A DNA stretch of 64,000 nt from Mobula hypostoma (Eukaryota): assembly GCF_963921235.1 (NCBI RefSeq), contig NC_086097.1:48672001-48736000 (forward strand), in the 5' to 3' direction. Position 1 is the first letter of the stretch. Each line of letters starts with the position of its first letter. Positions 1 to 12,868 of this stretch are shown piece after piece. Under the pieces are notes generated by a model that was not told the origin of the DNA, made no database searches, and was given only the letters and a program-made list of their open reading frames with translations. Position numbers and translations under genes: made by a program.

Positions 1-324
1 AATTTTTTCTACAGAAGTGGTTAGCCATTGCTGCCTTCTGGACAGTGTCTTTACAAGATGGGTGATCCCAGCCATTATCAATACTCTTCAGATATTGTCT
101 GCCTGGCATCAGTGCTCACATAACCAGGATTTGTGACATGCACCAGCTGCTCATACGACCATCCATCACCTGCTCCCATGGCTTCAGATGACCCTGACTG
201 GGGGATTATCAGGAGCTACACCTTGCACAAAAGTAAGGTGTAGCACCTGCTTACCTGCAGGCTAGCAGAGGGAAGGAATGCCTTTCACTTTTTTTGGTAG
301 GGATGTATCTCCACTCCGCCACCC
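1..324 (-). mobile_element. SINE with RTE-type 3' tail, cut by the window edge; same family as 57861-58261
   Basis: Collinear with 57983-58261. Minus strand starts GGGTGGCGGAGTGG (Pol III A-box TGGCNNAGTGG) and contains an RTE/BovB-like GCAATGGCTAACCACTTCT tail motif. Confidence 0.75.
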
Positions 325-1011
325 GGGACTCTAGGGACAGCCTTTGCCTAATAAGAGCTACAAGTTACAGTAAGTATTACACAGTAGCGCAGACAATGTA
401 TTTTAAAAAACAGTTCCAGAATCAAAACTCCACATTTGTTTCTCCAGCACGCTACACACTTTCATCCATACTCCAGTGGCTCGCGAACCACAGCCTCCAA
501 TCTTCAGTTATTGTCTTTGTACCCATTCACAGAACTAGAATTCTGTATCTTTTTAAAACTGCCTCATGCATCCAGTTGCTGCTTTTTGAATCCTGGCCTT
601 GCTCACACTACTCCATTGTCTTCCCCATTGTCAGCAGCACAACTCTCACCTCTTCAGCTTCTACTAGTTGAATGTCACTTAGCCTTTTCTGCTGGCCAAC
701 ATCTCATTCCCACTTGCATTTAAAATTATATTGCATGTTGCAATTTCCACCACGTTTGACAATCTTGTGCTATGCTTGTCTGGATTCAAGCCCAAAATCT
801 GAAAGGCATTTTAGAAAATATTCTCAATGATCCATTCAGGGGCTCCGTGTCTGCCCAGAAACACCATTTATAAATGTCCTCAATTGAGGAGGTATTTAAG
901 TGTCAAGTACTTTGGTAGGGCTGGAGTCACTTTTCTGGAACTTCAGAAAAGGATGATAGATTTTCTTCTATGAAGGGTATTAATAAATCAGACGGGTTTT
1001 TACAATATTCA

Positions 1012-3568
1012 TCTAATGGGGAGCGAGAATTGGAGAAGCAAATTTATAAGGAGATAGCAGATATTTGTAGTAAGCACAAGGTTGTGATTGTGGGAGATTT
1101 TAATTTTCTACACATAGACTGGGAACCCCATACTGTAAAGGGGTTGGGTGGTTTGGAGTTTGTAAAATGCATGCAGGATCGTTTTTTTGCAGCAATACAT
1201 AGAGGTACCAACTAGAGAAGGGGCAGTGTTGGATCTCCTGTTAGGGAATGAGATAGGGCAGGTGATGGAGGTCTATGTTGGGGAGCACTTCGGGTCCAGT
1301 GATCACAATACCATTAGTTTCATATAATTATGGAGAAGGTTAGACCTGGACCCAGGGTTGAGATTTTTGACTGGAGAAAGGCTAACTTTAAGGAGATGTG
1401 AAAGGATTTAAAAGGAGTGGATTGGGACAATTTGTTTTATTGGAAGGATGTAATAGAGAAATAGAGGTCATTTAAAGGTGAAATTTTGAGGGTACAGAAT
1501 CTTTCTGCTCCTGTTAGGTTGAAAGGAAAGGTTGAAAGTTTGAGAGATCCATGGTTTTCAAGGGATATTGGAAACTTGGTTTAGAAAAAGAGAGATATCT
1601 ACAATAAATATAGGCAGCATGGAGTAAATGAGGTGCTTGAGGAATATAAAGAATGTAAAAAGATTCTTAAGAAAGAAATTAGAAAAGCTAAAAGGAGATA
1701 CGAGGTTGCTTTGGCAAGTAAGGTGAAAATAAATTCAAAGGGTTTCTACAGTTATATTAATAGCAAAAGGATAGTGAGGGATAAAATTGGTCCTTTAGAG
1801 AATCAGAGTGGACAGCTATGTGTGGAACCAAAAGAGATGGGGGACATTTTGAACAATGTCTTTTCTTCGGTATTCACTAAGGAGAAGGATATTGAATTGT
1901 GTAAGGTAAGGGAAACAGGTAGAGAAGTTATGGAAACTATGATGATTAAAGAAGAGGAAATATTGGGGCTTTTAAGGAATATAAAAGTGGATATGTCTCT
2001 GGGTCCTGACAGGATATTCCCTAGGACCTTGAGGGAAGTTAGTGTAGAAATAGTAGGGACTCTGACAGAAATATTTCAAATGTCATTAAAAACGGGGATG
2101 GTGCCGGAGGATTGGCGTATTGCTCATGTGGTTCCATTGTTTAAAAAGGGTTCTAAGAGTAAACCTAGCAATTATCGGCCTGTAAGTTTGACGTCAGTGG
2201 TGGGTAAATTAATGGAAAGTATTCTTAGAGATGGTATGTATAATTATTTGGATAGACAGGGTCTGACTAGGAATAGTCAGCATGGATTTGTGCGTGGAAG
2301 GTCATGTTTGACAAATCTTACTGAATTTTTTGAAGAGGTTGCTAGGAAAGTTGACGAGGGTAAAGCGGTGGATATTGTCTATATGGACTTCAGTAAGGCC
2401 TTTGACAAGGTTCAACACAGAAGGTTAGTTAGGAAGGTTCAATCGTTAGGTATTAATATTGAAGTAGTAAAATGGATTCAACAATGGCTGGATGGGAGGT
2501 GCCAGAGAGTAGTTGTGGATAACTGTTTGTCAGGTTGGAGGCCGGCGACTAGTGGTGTGCCTCAGGGATGTGTACTGGGTCCAATGTTGTTTGTCATATA
2601 TATTAATGATCTGGATGATGGGGTGGTAAATTGGATTAGTAAGTATGCAGATGATACTAAGATAGGTGGAGTTGTGGATAATGAAGTAGGTTTTCAAAGC
2701 TTGCAGAGAGATTTAGGCCAGTTAGAAGAGTGGGCTGAAAGATGGCGGATGGAGTTTAATGCTGATAAATGTGAGGTGCTACATTTTGGTAGGACTAATC
2801 AAAATAGGACATACATGGTAAATGGTAGGGCATTGAAGAATGCTGTAGAACAGAGGGATCTAGGAATAATGATGCATAGTTCCCTGAAGGTGGAATCTCC
2901 TGTGGATAGGGGGGTAAAGAAAGCTTTTGGTATGCTGGCCTTTATTAATCAGAGCATTGAGTATAGGAGTTGGGATGTAATGTTGAAATTGTACAAGGCA
3001 TTGGTAAGGCCAAATTTGGAATATTGTGTACAGTTCTGGTTACCGAACTATAGGAAAGATGTCAACAAAATGGAGAGAGTACGGAGAAGATTTACTAGAA
3101 TGTTACCTGGGTTTCAGCACCTAAGTTACAGAGAAAGGTTGAGCAATTTGGGTCTTTATTCTTTGGAGCATAGAAGGTTGAGGGGGGGACCTGATAGAGG
3201 TATTTAAAATTATGAGGAGGATAGATAGAGTTGACGTGGATAGGCTTTTTCCATTGAGAGGAGGGGATATTCAAACAAGAGGACATGAGTTGACAGTTAG
3301 GGAGCAAAAGTTTAGGGGTAACATGAGGGGGAACTTCTTTACTCAGAGAGTGGTAGCTGTGTGGAAAGAACTTCTAGTAGAAGTGGTAGAGGCAGGTTCG
3401 ATGTTGTCATTTAAAGTTAAATTGGATAGCTATATGGACAGGAAAGGAATGGAGGGTTATGGGCTGAGTGCAGGTCAGTGGGACTAGGTGAGAGTAAGAG
3501 TTCGGCACAGACTAGAGGGGCCGAGATGGCCTGTTTCCGTGCTGTAATTGTTATATGATTATATGGTT
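1012..3568 (+). mobile_element. 5'-truncated CR1 LINE (partial endonuclease, RT, 3' UTR)
   Basis: Endonuclease motif VVIVGDFN in ORF 970-1215, RT ORF 1633-3207, C-terminal RGNFFTQRVV in ORF 3212-3487, 3' tail GGCCTGTTTCCGTGCTGTAATTGTTATATG. Confidence 0.95.
1633..3207 (+). pseudogene. CR1 ORF2 reverse transcriptase, 524-aa open remnant
   Basis: NYRPVSLTSVVGK, SQHGF, YMDFSKAFDKV, GVPQG, YADD (2644-2655). Upstream stops and a frameshift at the G run 3182-3188 separate it from the rest of ORF2. Confidence 0.93.
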
Positions 3569-3759
3569 AATAATACTATAGTTTCATAGTTGCTATCACT
3601 GACATTAGCTTGTTTTTATTCTGCACCTTATTTAATTAATTCAATATATTTTCAACCAATGGCCTGGTGGACATTAATCATGTATCTTTAGTTCATTGGT
3701 CCAGGTCTCAGGATGCCAATCCAGTAAATTAACCAGAATGCTACCAAACCGTACCAGAA

Positions 3760-4174
3760 ACCATACTAGAGTTATAGGGAAAGGTTGAATTTGTTTGGAC
3801 TTTATTCCCTGAAGTGTAGGAGAGTAAGTGGAAATTTGACAGATGTATTCAAAATTATGAGGGGTACAGATAAGGTAAATACAAGCAGGCTTTTTCTACT
3901 GTGGTTGGGTGAGACTAGAACTAGAGGTCATGGTTTAGGAGTGAAAGGTGAAATGTTTAAAGGGGGAACTTCTTCACTCAGACGGTGCTGAAAGTGTGGA
4001 GCAAGTGACGGATGTGAGTTGAATTTCAACGTTTAAGTGAAATATAGATAGGTACATAGATGGGAGGGATATGGAGAGTTAAGGTCTAGGTGCAGGTTGA
4101 TGGGTCTAGGCTGAATAATAATTCAGCACAGACTAGATGGGTTGAAGGACCTGTGCTGTAGTGCTCTATGACTC
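3760..4174 (+). mobile_element. CR1 3' fragment (older subfamily)
   Basis: GLYSLKCRRVSGNLTDVFKIMRG...TRTRGH; tail TGTGCTGTAGTGCTCTATGACTCT. Confidence 0.85.
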
Positions 4175-5776
4175 TGAAATAATACTGTTATTAAAAAGGC
4201 TTGAAACCAATTACCAAGAAAAAAACAGCTACCCTGCTTAAATTGCTACCACCACCCATAGATATTAATGCTATAGCACTGATCCCATAATTCACAAAGT
4301 GACACTTGGAAAATTGTATGTTTTATTCTGAGCTTTGTGCTAAGCACCAGACTCTGCTGGTGGCTTTCAAACAACAGGCCACGAATCCTGAAATATTAAA
4401 TGCCCTGACAACATAGGAAAACCATTTTCTGATACATTTTGTTTAAATGTATGGAGTCTGATTCTCCACTCTGATTTTATATGCATTGGTAATTTCTTTT
4501 TATAATCCTGCTAATGCACTGCCTGTTCAACAGAGGATGACAGTTGTTACCTGTAAAGGAATTGGTAGGTTAAAGGAATAAGAAGTGTTTATACATTATA
4601 TAAAATAACCGGTGGTCAATGTGAACTAGGCTAGGAGGTATATCCCAAGAGACCTATCATAGACTAAGTGCAACTGAATGAATATATTTCGACCATCTAT
4701 TATTCTATACAGTCTCTGCTTCCTACAGTATCTATCAACGTTTGATTTCCCTGGTAGATTACAGAATATGAAGAATGAGTTGTCGGCAGCGCTCGTAAAT
4801 TTCAACTATTATTCATTGATTAAGTATAATGATTATAAAGAAATATTTCAGTCATTCTGTTTGTTGCATGATTGTTTACTGAGAATAAATAAATGGATAC
4901 TTATTTAACCATAAGTATTTACTGAGGCACTCACAGATTAGAGTGAGCCAAGCGTTTGTCACATGGAAGAAGGAATGTAATTTCCATGTTTTAGGTAGAA
5001 AGTGACAAGGCTATACATTTTTTTTGGATGATAACGGGTTAGGATTTCAATCTTCTAAAAATTCAATAAGCAATAACTATCCTTGCCTTTGCTATAATTA
5101 CATGCCTCTTTGAACCAGGAAGGCTTTTAATTCTACTCTTCAAGAACTCATTACTTGGCCCTTTCATACATCTCATACGCACTCGTCTGTTTTAACCCAT
5201 CTTTGCATAAACCCACACTTCCAGCACAATGGTCTTTCTGCAGCTATTTGATTTCCTGTGATAAAAATATTAGTTACTCCTTTTAGTTAACTGACTGCCA
5301 AAATTGCGTTGCTTCAGTTGCTTGGAGTTTCAAAAGCTTCACAAAAGCAGTTTGTGCCTAAGCCAAGCATAGTTGTTTCCATCTCCTGCAAAAGTGATTT
5401 CAGTTCCCTCAGGTAATAAACAGTCTCCAGATCCATAAAATGCTGGCTGATTGACAAGCAACATAAAGAAGTTTCAGCTGCTTAGAGGAAGCGAAAGGAA
5501 CCAAAACATCAAAAAGCTGAGAAAATATTGAACTCCCAGACTGCCTCATTTACACTATACTTGCTACCTTGTTTAAACAAGACAAGGCATTATGGTTTAA
5601 CATGAAATACACTGAGGGTCCAATTGTAAAACCACTATGGAAACTTGTTAGTATATTGATAGAGTTGTTTTCCCTTTAGAAAAATCATATTTAAATATCA
5701 TTTCTTTTCAACTTAAAGAAATGGTTTTCATTCCTTCTGTATAGAAGGGCTTGAGAGTCAAATCCATGATTTCTAG

Positions 5777-5848
5777 TCGGCACAGACTAGAAGGGCAGAG
5801 ATGGCCTGTTTCCATGCTGTAATTGTTATATGGTTATATGGTTATATG
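5777..5848 (+). mobile_element. CR1 3'-tail-only insertion, same subfamily as 1012-3568
   Basis: Near-identical to 3502-3568, ending in (GTTATATG)n. Confidence 0.85.
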
Positions 5849-6951
5849 AGTAAACTTTCCTGTACACTGCATGATACTGAATAGAAGTAACAAGAGCCTT
5901 AAAAGTGTCGCCTTAGATACTGTTACCAATATGTTGGTTAATTTGGAGCCATTCTAGCTCCTCACACAAAGGGACACCATTGAAAATGCAGGAAAAAAGT
6001 TATCAGAATTAGGCAGGATGATTCTGGCCCATCTCCTACCATCAATTGGGAATTATGAAATGGAGTGCATATTTGCTATAATGTTGCACATTTACAGCAT
6101 CCCATTAAGAATGAATTTCTGGCATTACCTGGTCTAAACAAAAATTGTCCTCTATTTATCTTGGCTGTGCTCCCTAATCCCAAAATATCTATTGCTTTAA
6201 TATGACATTTAAGGCATCTATTCAGATTATTCATTGGATTATTTGTGCCATTTTATCCCAATTTGTGGAAGATTTTGTCTTCTGCACTAAAAACTAAAAC
6301 TGGAAATGTTTGCTTCAGGAGAATCTTGAGGGAGCAGCTGTTGATCTCGTTTTGAGGCACCAGTTGTCAAAGTGGTGCATAAAAAGCATCTGAAGCCTGT
6401 TGAAGCATGTTGAGGCAAACTTCCTGTTGATGACAATGCTGGTACATGTATAACTTGCTTGACAGTAGTTTGTATTAGACAGATTGTGATTTCAATCAGT
6501 ACTGAGTTTGAAAAAGGGACATGGAGAATTGTCGAGTATTTGTGCCCTGTTTGATGGGTAGGATATGGCATTTGAAAGTGCTTTCTTTGAGCTTATTGAG
6601 GTTATTGTGATGTCATTGGAATTCTTCTAGTGTTGTATTGAAGTTTTCTAAGACTTAATTTATGGAAATAGACCTCCTTGGACATATGTTCTATCTGTTT
6701 TCTGAGTGTACTGTATATCATTAGGACCTATTGCCATTTATGCAGATATAGAACATTTCTCCTACTTTGCATCTCCTCCATCAAGGTCTCCAATGAAGCT
6801 CCTCTCTCATGTTCTGGCTTAGTTCACTCTTTCCAAGTCATCACCACATACCAGTGAAATAAAATACTGCAGATGTTGGAAGAGTGAAATAGACATAGAA
6901 AATTCTGGAAAATTTATCAGGTCAGGCAGCATCAGTGACGTAGGACTCTAA

Positions 6952-7752
6952 TCAAGTGGTTCAATTTAATATCAGAGATTGTATACAGTTTACAACCTGA
7001 AATTCTTACTCTTCGCAGACATCCACAAAACAAAAAAAACCCCAAAAGAATAACTGACAGAAACATTCGATTACCAAAGCTCACCTCCCATGAACAAGCA
7101 GCAGCAAATGCAGCAATCATTCCCTCTCCCCGCCCACATTTGCACCTGCAAAAGCACTGACCCCCACCACCCACCATGCAAACAATAGCAAATCCCCCAA
7201 AAAGACCATGATTTAGAGTCCACCAAAAAAACTACTGTCCATCCCAACCCTTCGACATTTCAGACAGGATCTCTCTCACTCTATGTCGCTTATCCAAGTC
7301 CCCTGACTCGAGGACCAGTAGTCTTTCACTCACTATCGAGAGAAAGAGAGAGATCGCTGGAGTGCAGGGGCCTTCTGACAGTAGCACACACTGCCTGCTG
7401 TCTTGATGTTTCAATCTCCTGCAATGCTTCAGTCAGTGACATTGGCGTGGAATCGGGTCGTCCACGCGGCCGCACCCCAAAGGTCTTCCAGGTCGCACTT
7501 GGAGATATCAAAACTCAAGGTCACATGGCTAGTCCAAAAATGAGAACTCATTGACTGTGGAGAACCATAGTTTGAACTGCAACTGTAGATCATGGACTCC
7601 GACAGGATCCCAGCCAGCTTGAAAAGGAAAGAGAGACATGAGAAGAGGGTTTGTTGTTTTGCAGGCAAACTGGAAGAAGTTGCCTGCATCTGCAAAAACA
7701 TCTAGTGCCATCTTTTTTAGCTCCTCCCATATTTTAAACACCATCTACTGCC
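6952..7752 (-). mobile_element. Non-autonomous retroposon with a Rex/Babar-like 3' end
   Basis: 3' end GTATACAATCTCTGATATTAAATTGAACCACTTGA and 5' AAGATGGC resemble 41370-42189 and 19190-19738. Confidence 0.6.
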
Positions 7753-7759
7753 TTGAAAA

Positions 7760-8840
7760 TAATAAAATATTGCAGAATCTGGAAATCTGAAGTAGAAAAA
7801 GAACTGAGAATGCTGGAAATAATTAGCAATTCAGGCCTCGCCTGTGGGACCAGAACAAAGGTAACATTTCAGTTAAATTGGGAAGGAGACGGTCTAAACT
7901 GCAGGGAGGGTGGGGATGTGGGGAGGTCCCTGATAGGGTAAAATGGGAGTGACCATGGGGCTAAATTCTAAATGAGATTGAATGGTTAATGAAGGAGAGG
8001 GAGCAGTGAGACAGTGAGAAGACAGACAAAGAACAATGTCAAAAGTATGTGGAAGTTGCAAAACGCAGGAAGACATGTTTAGTGATCTGGCGGGCATGTC
8101 TTCTAGCCCTAGAGGAAGAAAAAGAAAAAAAAAGAAAAGAAATATGACAAACTAAATGCAAAGTGAGTCAATCTAATATTTGAAAGATAAAATTAAATTA
8201 CCAAAAGTTGTAGGCTTAAACATTAAGTCATGTAATATGCCCAAACAGAAGATGAGTTGCTCGAGCTTGTGTTAGGCCATAAAACAGTACAGGCTAAAGG
8301 GTCAGAAAAGGAGGGAGTAGAAAATTAAATAGCAGGCAGCAGGAAGATCAAATTTGTTCCCCTGGACTGGACTTGAGTCCTCTGCAAAGCAACTACCCAG
8401 TTTGTGTTTGGTTTCTCCAATGTAGAGGAGATGATATTCTGAACATAAAATGCAGATGGGAGGGTGTGCCTGTGAATAGCAGTTTCACCTGGAAAGACTG
8501 TTTGAGTCCATGGATAGTGGGAAGGGAAGAGCTGGAGGGACAGGTGTTGTGTCAGCTGTGGTTGCATAGGAAAATGCTGCAAGAAAGCGGGTGGTTGGAG
8601 AGAATGAAAAAGTGGACAGGGGAATCATGAAGGGAATGGTCTTGGTGTGTTGTTGAAAGATGAAAATAGGGGAAGTTGAATATGGTGGTGGAGTCTATTT
8701 GAAGGTGACAGAAATTGTGGAGAACGGTCTGTTGAAGGCTGATGGAGCTGGTAGATAAGAACCAAGTGACTGATTGAAGTCAACAGAGAGAAACTGGAGT
8801 TGTGGATATGAAAGTCTTCATTTGTCATGGCAAACATTCT
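7760..8840 (-). mobile_element. Penelope-like element remnant with GIY-YIG endonuclease
   Basis: Minus strand of about 8325-8580 translates, with frameshift and stop, to CNHS*HNTCP..TIHGLKQSFQV...ILCSEYHLLYIGETKHKLGSCFAE. Terminal-repeat-like sequence at 7760-7870. Confidence 0.8.
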
Positions 8841-11070
8841 CATGAAGGCACTCTTGTTAGAGGCTCACAAATCCAAAAGTACATCACACTTTTATACCCT
8901 TAAGTTTAAAGGTAATGGCAGATGATTCCTACAATCTCAATAGTTACAATGATGTGGTTTACTTCAATATTTTGCGTTGACAATAGTTCTTTTGAATTAC
9001 ATATCTACAGTGGAAGACACATCTAAGTGTTCAAACACCCCTGATATTCGGAAACTTCCGAAAACAGAGAGCCAGGTGTCTGAGTATACAATAGATCAGT
9101 TATTGATTGTGACTATATCTGTGACCATATTTGATATGCTAAATTTGCCATTTTGAACTCAATCACAATGGTGTAAATAATTTAGCTGTGTTGCCTGTTG
9201 TGATGCAAGCCAATTAACATAATCCCATTGTTTTAATATTTGCATATGCAATCTCTTATCCTGTGAGCCAATTTAATTTCAAATTACTGCTTCCAATTTA
9301 TAATAAAAACTGAAGGCTGGTTCTTGCTTGAATTAACATCTGCTATATTCACGTAACTCCACTATACTCCCTAACACCATGTACTTAGTGTCTGCATCCA
9401 TGGATGAATTTCTACTTGACGAAATAATTCTTGACAATATCGTGATTAGGTCACGTATAAACTACTTCTAACAAACTTTGGTTTAGTATTTTCAGGTTAG
9501 GGGATATCCCATTCAGAATATAAAGCTTACACCAGCAATTAGGAAATTGGAGCTTTTTAACTGTTCATTTTCGGTATTTACAGCTCTATGGACAATGAAT
9601 AGGGGAATGGAGCTGATCACGTGACACCATTGATGTTGACACCAAACGAGGTCTGCAATCCAGATATTTAAACACTTAGAAATAATTGTCAGCAGTGTCA
9701 CAAAATAGCAAAGCTCAGAAATAGAAATAGAGCAAAATCCAGACTGGGGTTGTGTTGTTCAAAAATAAAGAACGTGTGTCATATAGCCTAGCTATTCAAG
9801 ATCTAAAATATGTGCCTCTGTTTAGGCAACCGAATAACATTGCATAAAAGCTGTATTAAAATTAATAATATTTCAAATAGTTTAGTCTGGCATTCCTGAT
9901 GTAGGTAACTCTGCATATAATTTCAACTCCTTGGATCTTTATGTAGCATGGCTTTTCTTTTCTTTGTATTGATAATGTTGGAAGCAGATTAATGATAAAG
10001 AAAATTGAAGACAGACATGCCTTGTTCAATTGTAAGTAATCCAGCCTGGCCACGCTTTGCTGCTTTCTGATATTGTCAGAATCATTTGTTTAAAATGGTT
10101 TCTGTGCATAGGTGCTTGACCTTATTCTTTGTAAAAGAAGAAAGCAGAGCAGCCTGAGGCTAAAGCTGAGGATAAATGGCCAGGGAAATTGGTCCTGATA
10201 GTAGAGACCCGATTCTTAGTGGGAATTAGTCCTCAAGCTTCATCTGTGTCGAGCAGAACTCCTGTTGTCAATCTGGTAATTTAAGGCAGTTTACTGGTTA
10301 GAGCTTCTCATCTGGTTTTGACCTGCAGCATTTAAGACCTCTGGCAGTGTTTGAGTCCATTGTGATTCAATCAGAATTGGATCCATCTCTTATTTTTGTA
10401 TGCAGAAATCATGTGTAGTGGGAGCCAATTTTTTACCCACAGGCACACACACAAGTAAGAAGAGAACTGAAATGCTAGTATGAGTAGCCAGACGTATGAT
10501 CTATATTGGTGGTCTGGGTAGGGTAAGGGTAGCTTGAGAGAGAGTAGATCTCATCATCTGGGATTGTGTGCATTGAAATTTTCCCTTATACAGTACTGTC
10601 TCGATTCCCAAGGAATGTTCCTGCAAATATCATAAATTTTGCAATTGAGTATCCGGCATTTGGAGACATCACACCCACAGTGGAAGGCACTGGCCTCACC
10701 CTTAAGGATCAGTGTGGGAAGGAAAACCAATGTGTGGAGCCATGGGAAACGGATAAGGTATGAAATGAATAATTCCTTCAACATGGAAGTTAGTGAGTTC
10801 AGGGAACAGTGATATTTTGGAGCGTATCAATGTAACAATGGAGGAAATGTTGGAGGAGGTCCTGAAAGCATCAAGATGGATAACTATCCAGGGCTTGACC
10901 AGGTATGCCCCAGGATGTTACAGGAAGAAAGAGAGGAGGTTGTTGGGGTTCAGGTGGAGAATTCTATAACCTCATTAGCCACAGGTTAGTAACCAGAAAT
11001 TGGAAGGTAGCGTACATTGTGCTTTTATTTAAGAAGGACAGCAGGGTCAGACCAGGGAATTTCATGCTGG

Positions 11071-11308
11071 TAATACACACAAAATGCTGGAGAAACTCAG
11101 CAGGCCAGGCAGCATCAATGGAAAAGAATAAGCTGTTGACATTTTAGGTTGAAACCCTTCAGCAGGACTCATGAAGGTATTTGGTCCCAAACATCATCTG
11201 TTTGCACATTTCCATAGATGCTTCCTGGCCAGCTGAGTTCTTTCAGAATTTTGTGTGTATTACTTTGATTTCCAGCATCTGCAGATTTTCTCTTGTTTGT
11301 GATAATGA
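11071..11308. mobile_element. Inverted pair of Penelope-type terminal repeats inserted into CR1
   Basis: 11071-11262 is an imperfect palindrome (TAATACACACAAAAT...ATTTTGTGTGTATTA). Flanking duplication CATGCTGG at 11063-11070 and 11309-11316. Confidence 0.8.
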
Positions 11309-11531
11309 CATGCTGGGCAGCCTTTTATCAGTTGTGGGAAAGTTATTGGAAGGATTTTGACAGTCAGAACAACAAGGGCTGTGATTGAGTTTTCTAAGCA
11401 GGTGACCAAGAGGATTCCCAAGGCCTTATCTACATGGACTTCAGCAATGCCTTTGACAAGGGCCTGCATGGTAGACCGGTTCAGAAGGTAACACTTTGGG
11501 ATTCAGGATGAGCTTGGATTCAGGATGAGCT

Positions 11532-11968
11532 TGTTGCATGGAATGGGTGAACCCAAACGGAGGACACTGGCACGGAGATAGAGTTAGGATGCAGATGAGG
11601 GCGTGAGCGTGGCTGGAGCTGAACGGCAAACAGGAAGGCGAACGGAAAAGCAGGAGGCAGGCAAAACTTAACTTGAAACAGGGTGTTGCTGGAGCTTAAT
11701 GGCAAACAGGAGGCAGGCGCCAGGCAATTCTTATCTTAACACAGAGAGACAGAGCTACACAGGTAAACCTCAGTACTGAAGTAAAACTTAGAATACACAG
11801 TCCTGAGTGGCCGGGAACGTGAATTACCACACTGGCTAAAACAATGATCTGGCGATGAGTGGATGCAAATCCAGGATATTTATGCTGCAGGTTTAGATGA
11901 GAATCAGATGTGCTGCAATCAAAGGGAATTAGGAGAATATGGGGAATTTAACGGTCGGGACTGTGACA
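11532..11968 (-). mobile_element. Solo LTR (Gypsy-type), 437 bp
   Basis: TGT...ACA termini with exact 5-bp TSD GAGCT (11527-11531 and 11969-11973). The host CR1 resumes on both sides. Strand is tentative. Confidence 0.85.
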
Positions 11969-12868
11969 GAGCTAGCCAATTGGATACAGAATTGGCTTGG
12001 TGGGAGAAAGCAGAGGGTAGCAATAGGGGATTCATTTTCAAACTGAATTGTGTGATCAGTGGTATTCTGTAGGGATCATTGTTGAGTTTTCTATTGTTCA
12101 TCTTATATACTAACGATCTGGATGTGAATGTGGATGAAAATTAGTAAGTGTAGAGATGACACCAGCATTGGTGGAGGATAGTGCCAAAAGTTGTTTAAGT
12201 TTACAATAGGATATTGAGCATCGGAGAAAGTGGACAAAGGAATGAAAAATGGAATTCAGCTCAGACAAGTGTGAAGTCATGAACTTTGGAAAGTTAACCC
12301 AGAGAGGTACATACATAGTCAGGCAGTGCTCTGGGAACATTGTTGAACAGAGAGAAACCTAGGGGTATAAATGCATTGTTGCCTGAAAAAGGAAACAGAG
12401 ATAGTCAAGATAGTGAAGGAGTAAGGTATGTTTACCTTCATTTAAGTAATGAATGCAACAATTGGAGCATCATTTAGTAGTTGTACTAAACACTATTTAC
12501 ACTTCTTATGCAGAATAGTGTGCTGTTCAGGTCACCACATGGCAGGAAATCTGAGAAAAAGTGGGAGGAGGCTCAGAGAGGATTTACAAAGATGTTCCCT
12601 GGTTTAAAGGACTTATTAGGAGAGAATGAACAGGCTAGGTCAGTTTTCTCTGGAGCAAAGGAGGCCGAAAGGTGACATGATAAAATTATGAGATACACAG
12701 AGTAGGTAACCAGTGTCTGTTTCCTATAGTAGAGATGTCATAAAAAGGAAAGTATGGCTTTAAGGTGAAAAGGACTAGATTTTAAAGGGGATCTGATGGA
12801 GTTGATTGAGCTGACAGATGAGGTGGTGGAGGCAGTCTTAGTGACAACATTTAAAATCCCTGAGCTGC

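Larger units (their letters stand above)
10795..12855 (+). mobile_element. Old, degraded CR1 LINE carrying two nested insertions
   Basis: NWKVAYIVLLFKK..RPGN, YMDFSNAFDK, MEFSSDKCEV remnants; interrupted at 11071-11308 and 11532-11968. Confidence 0.85.

Noticed and set aside
1..324. Possible HDV-like fold in the SINE (5' GGGTGG pairing with TCACCC, CTGG/CCAG)
   Set aside because: No P3/L3 or CNRA motif; the 5' end is explained by a Pol III A box.
294..723. Overlapping ORFs of 125 and 95 aa
   Set aside because: No recognisable domain or splice context; expected by chance.
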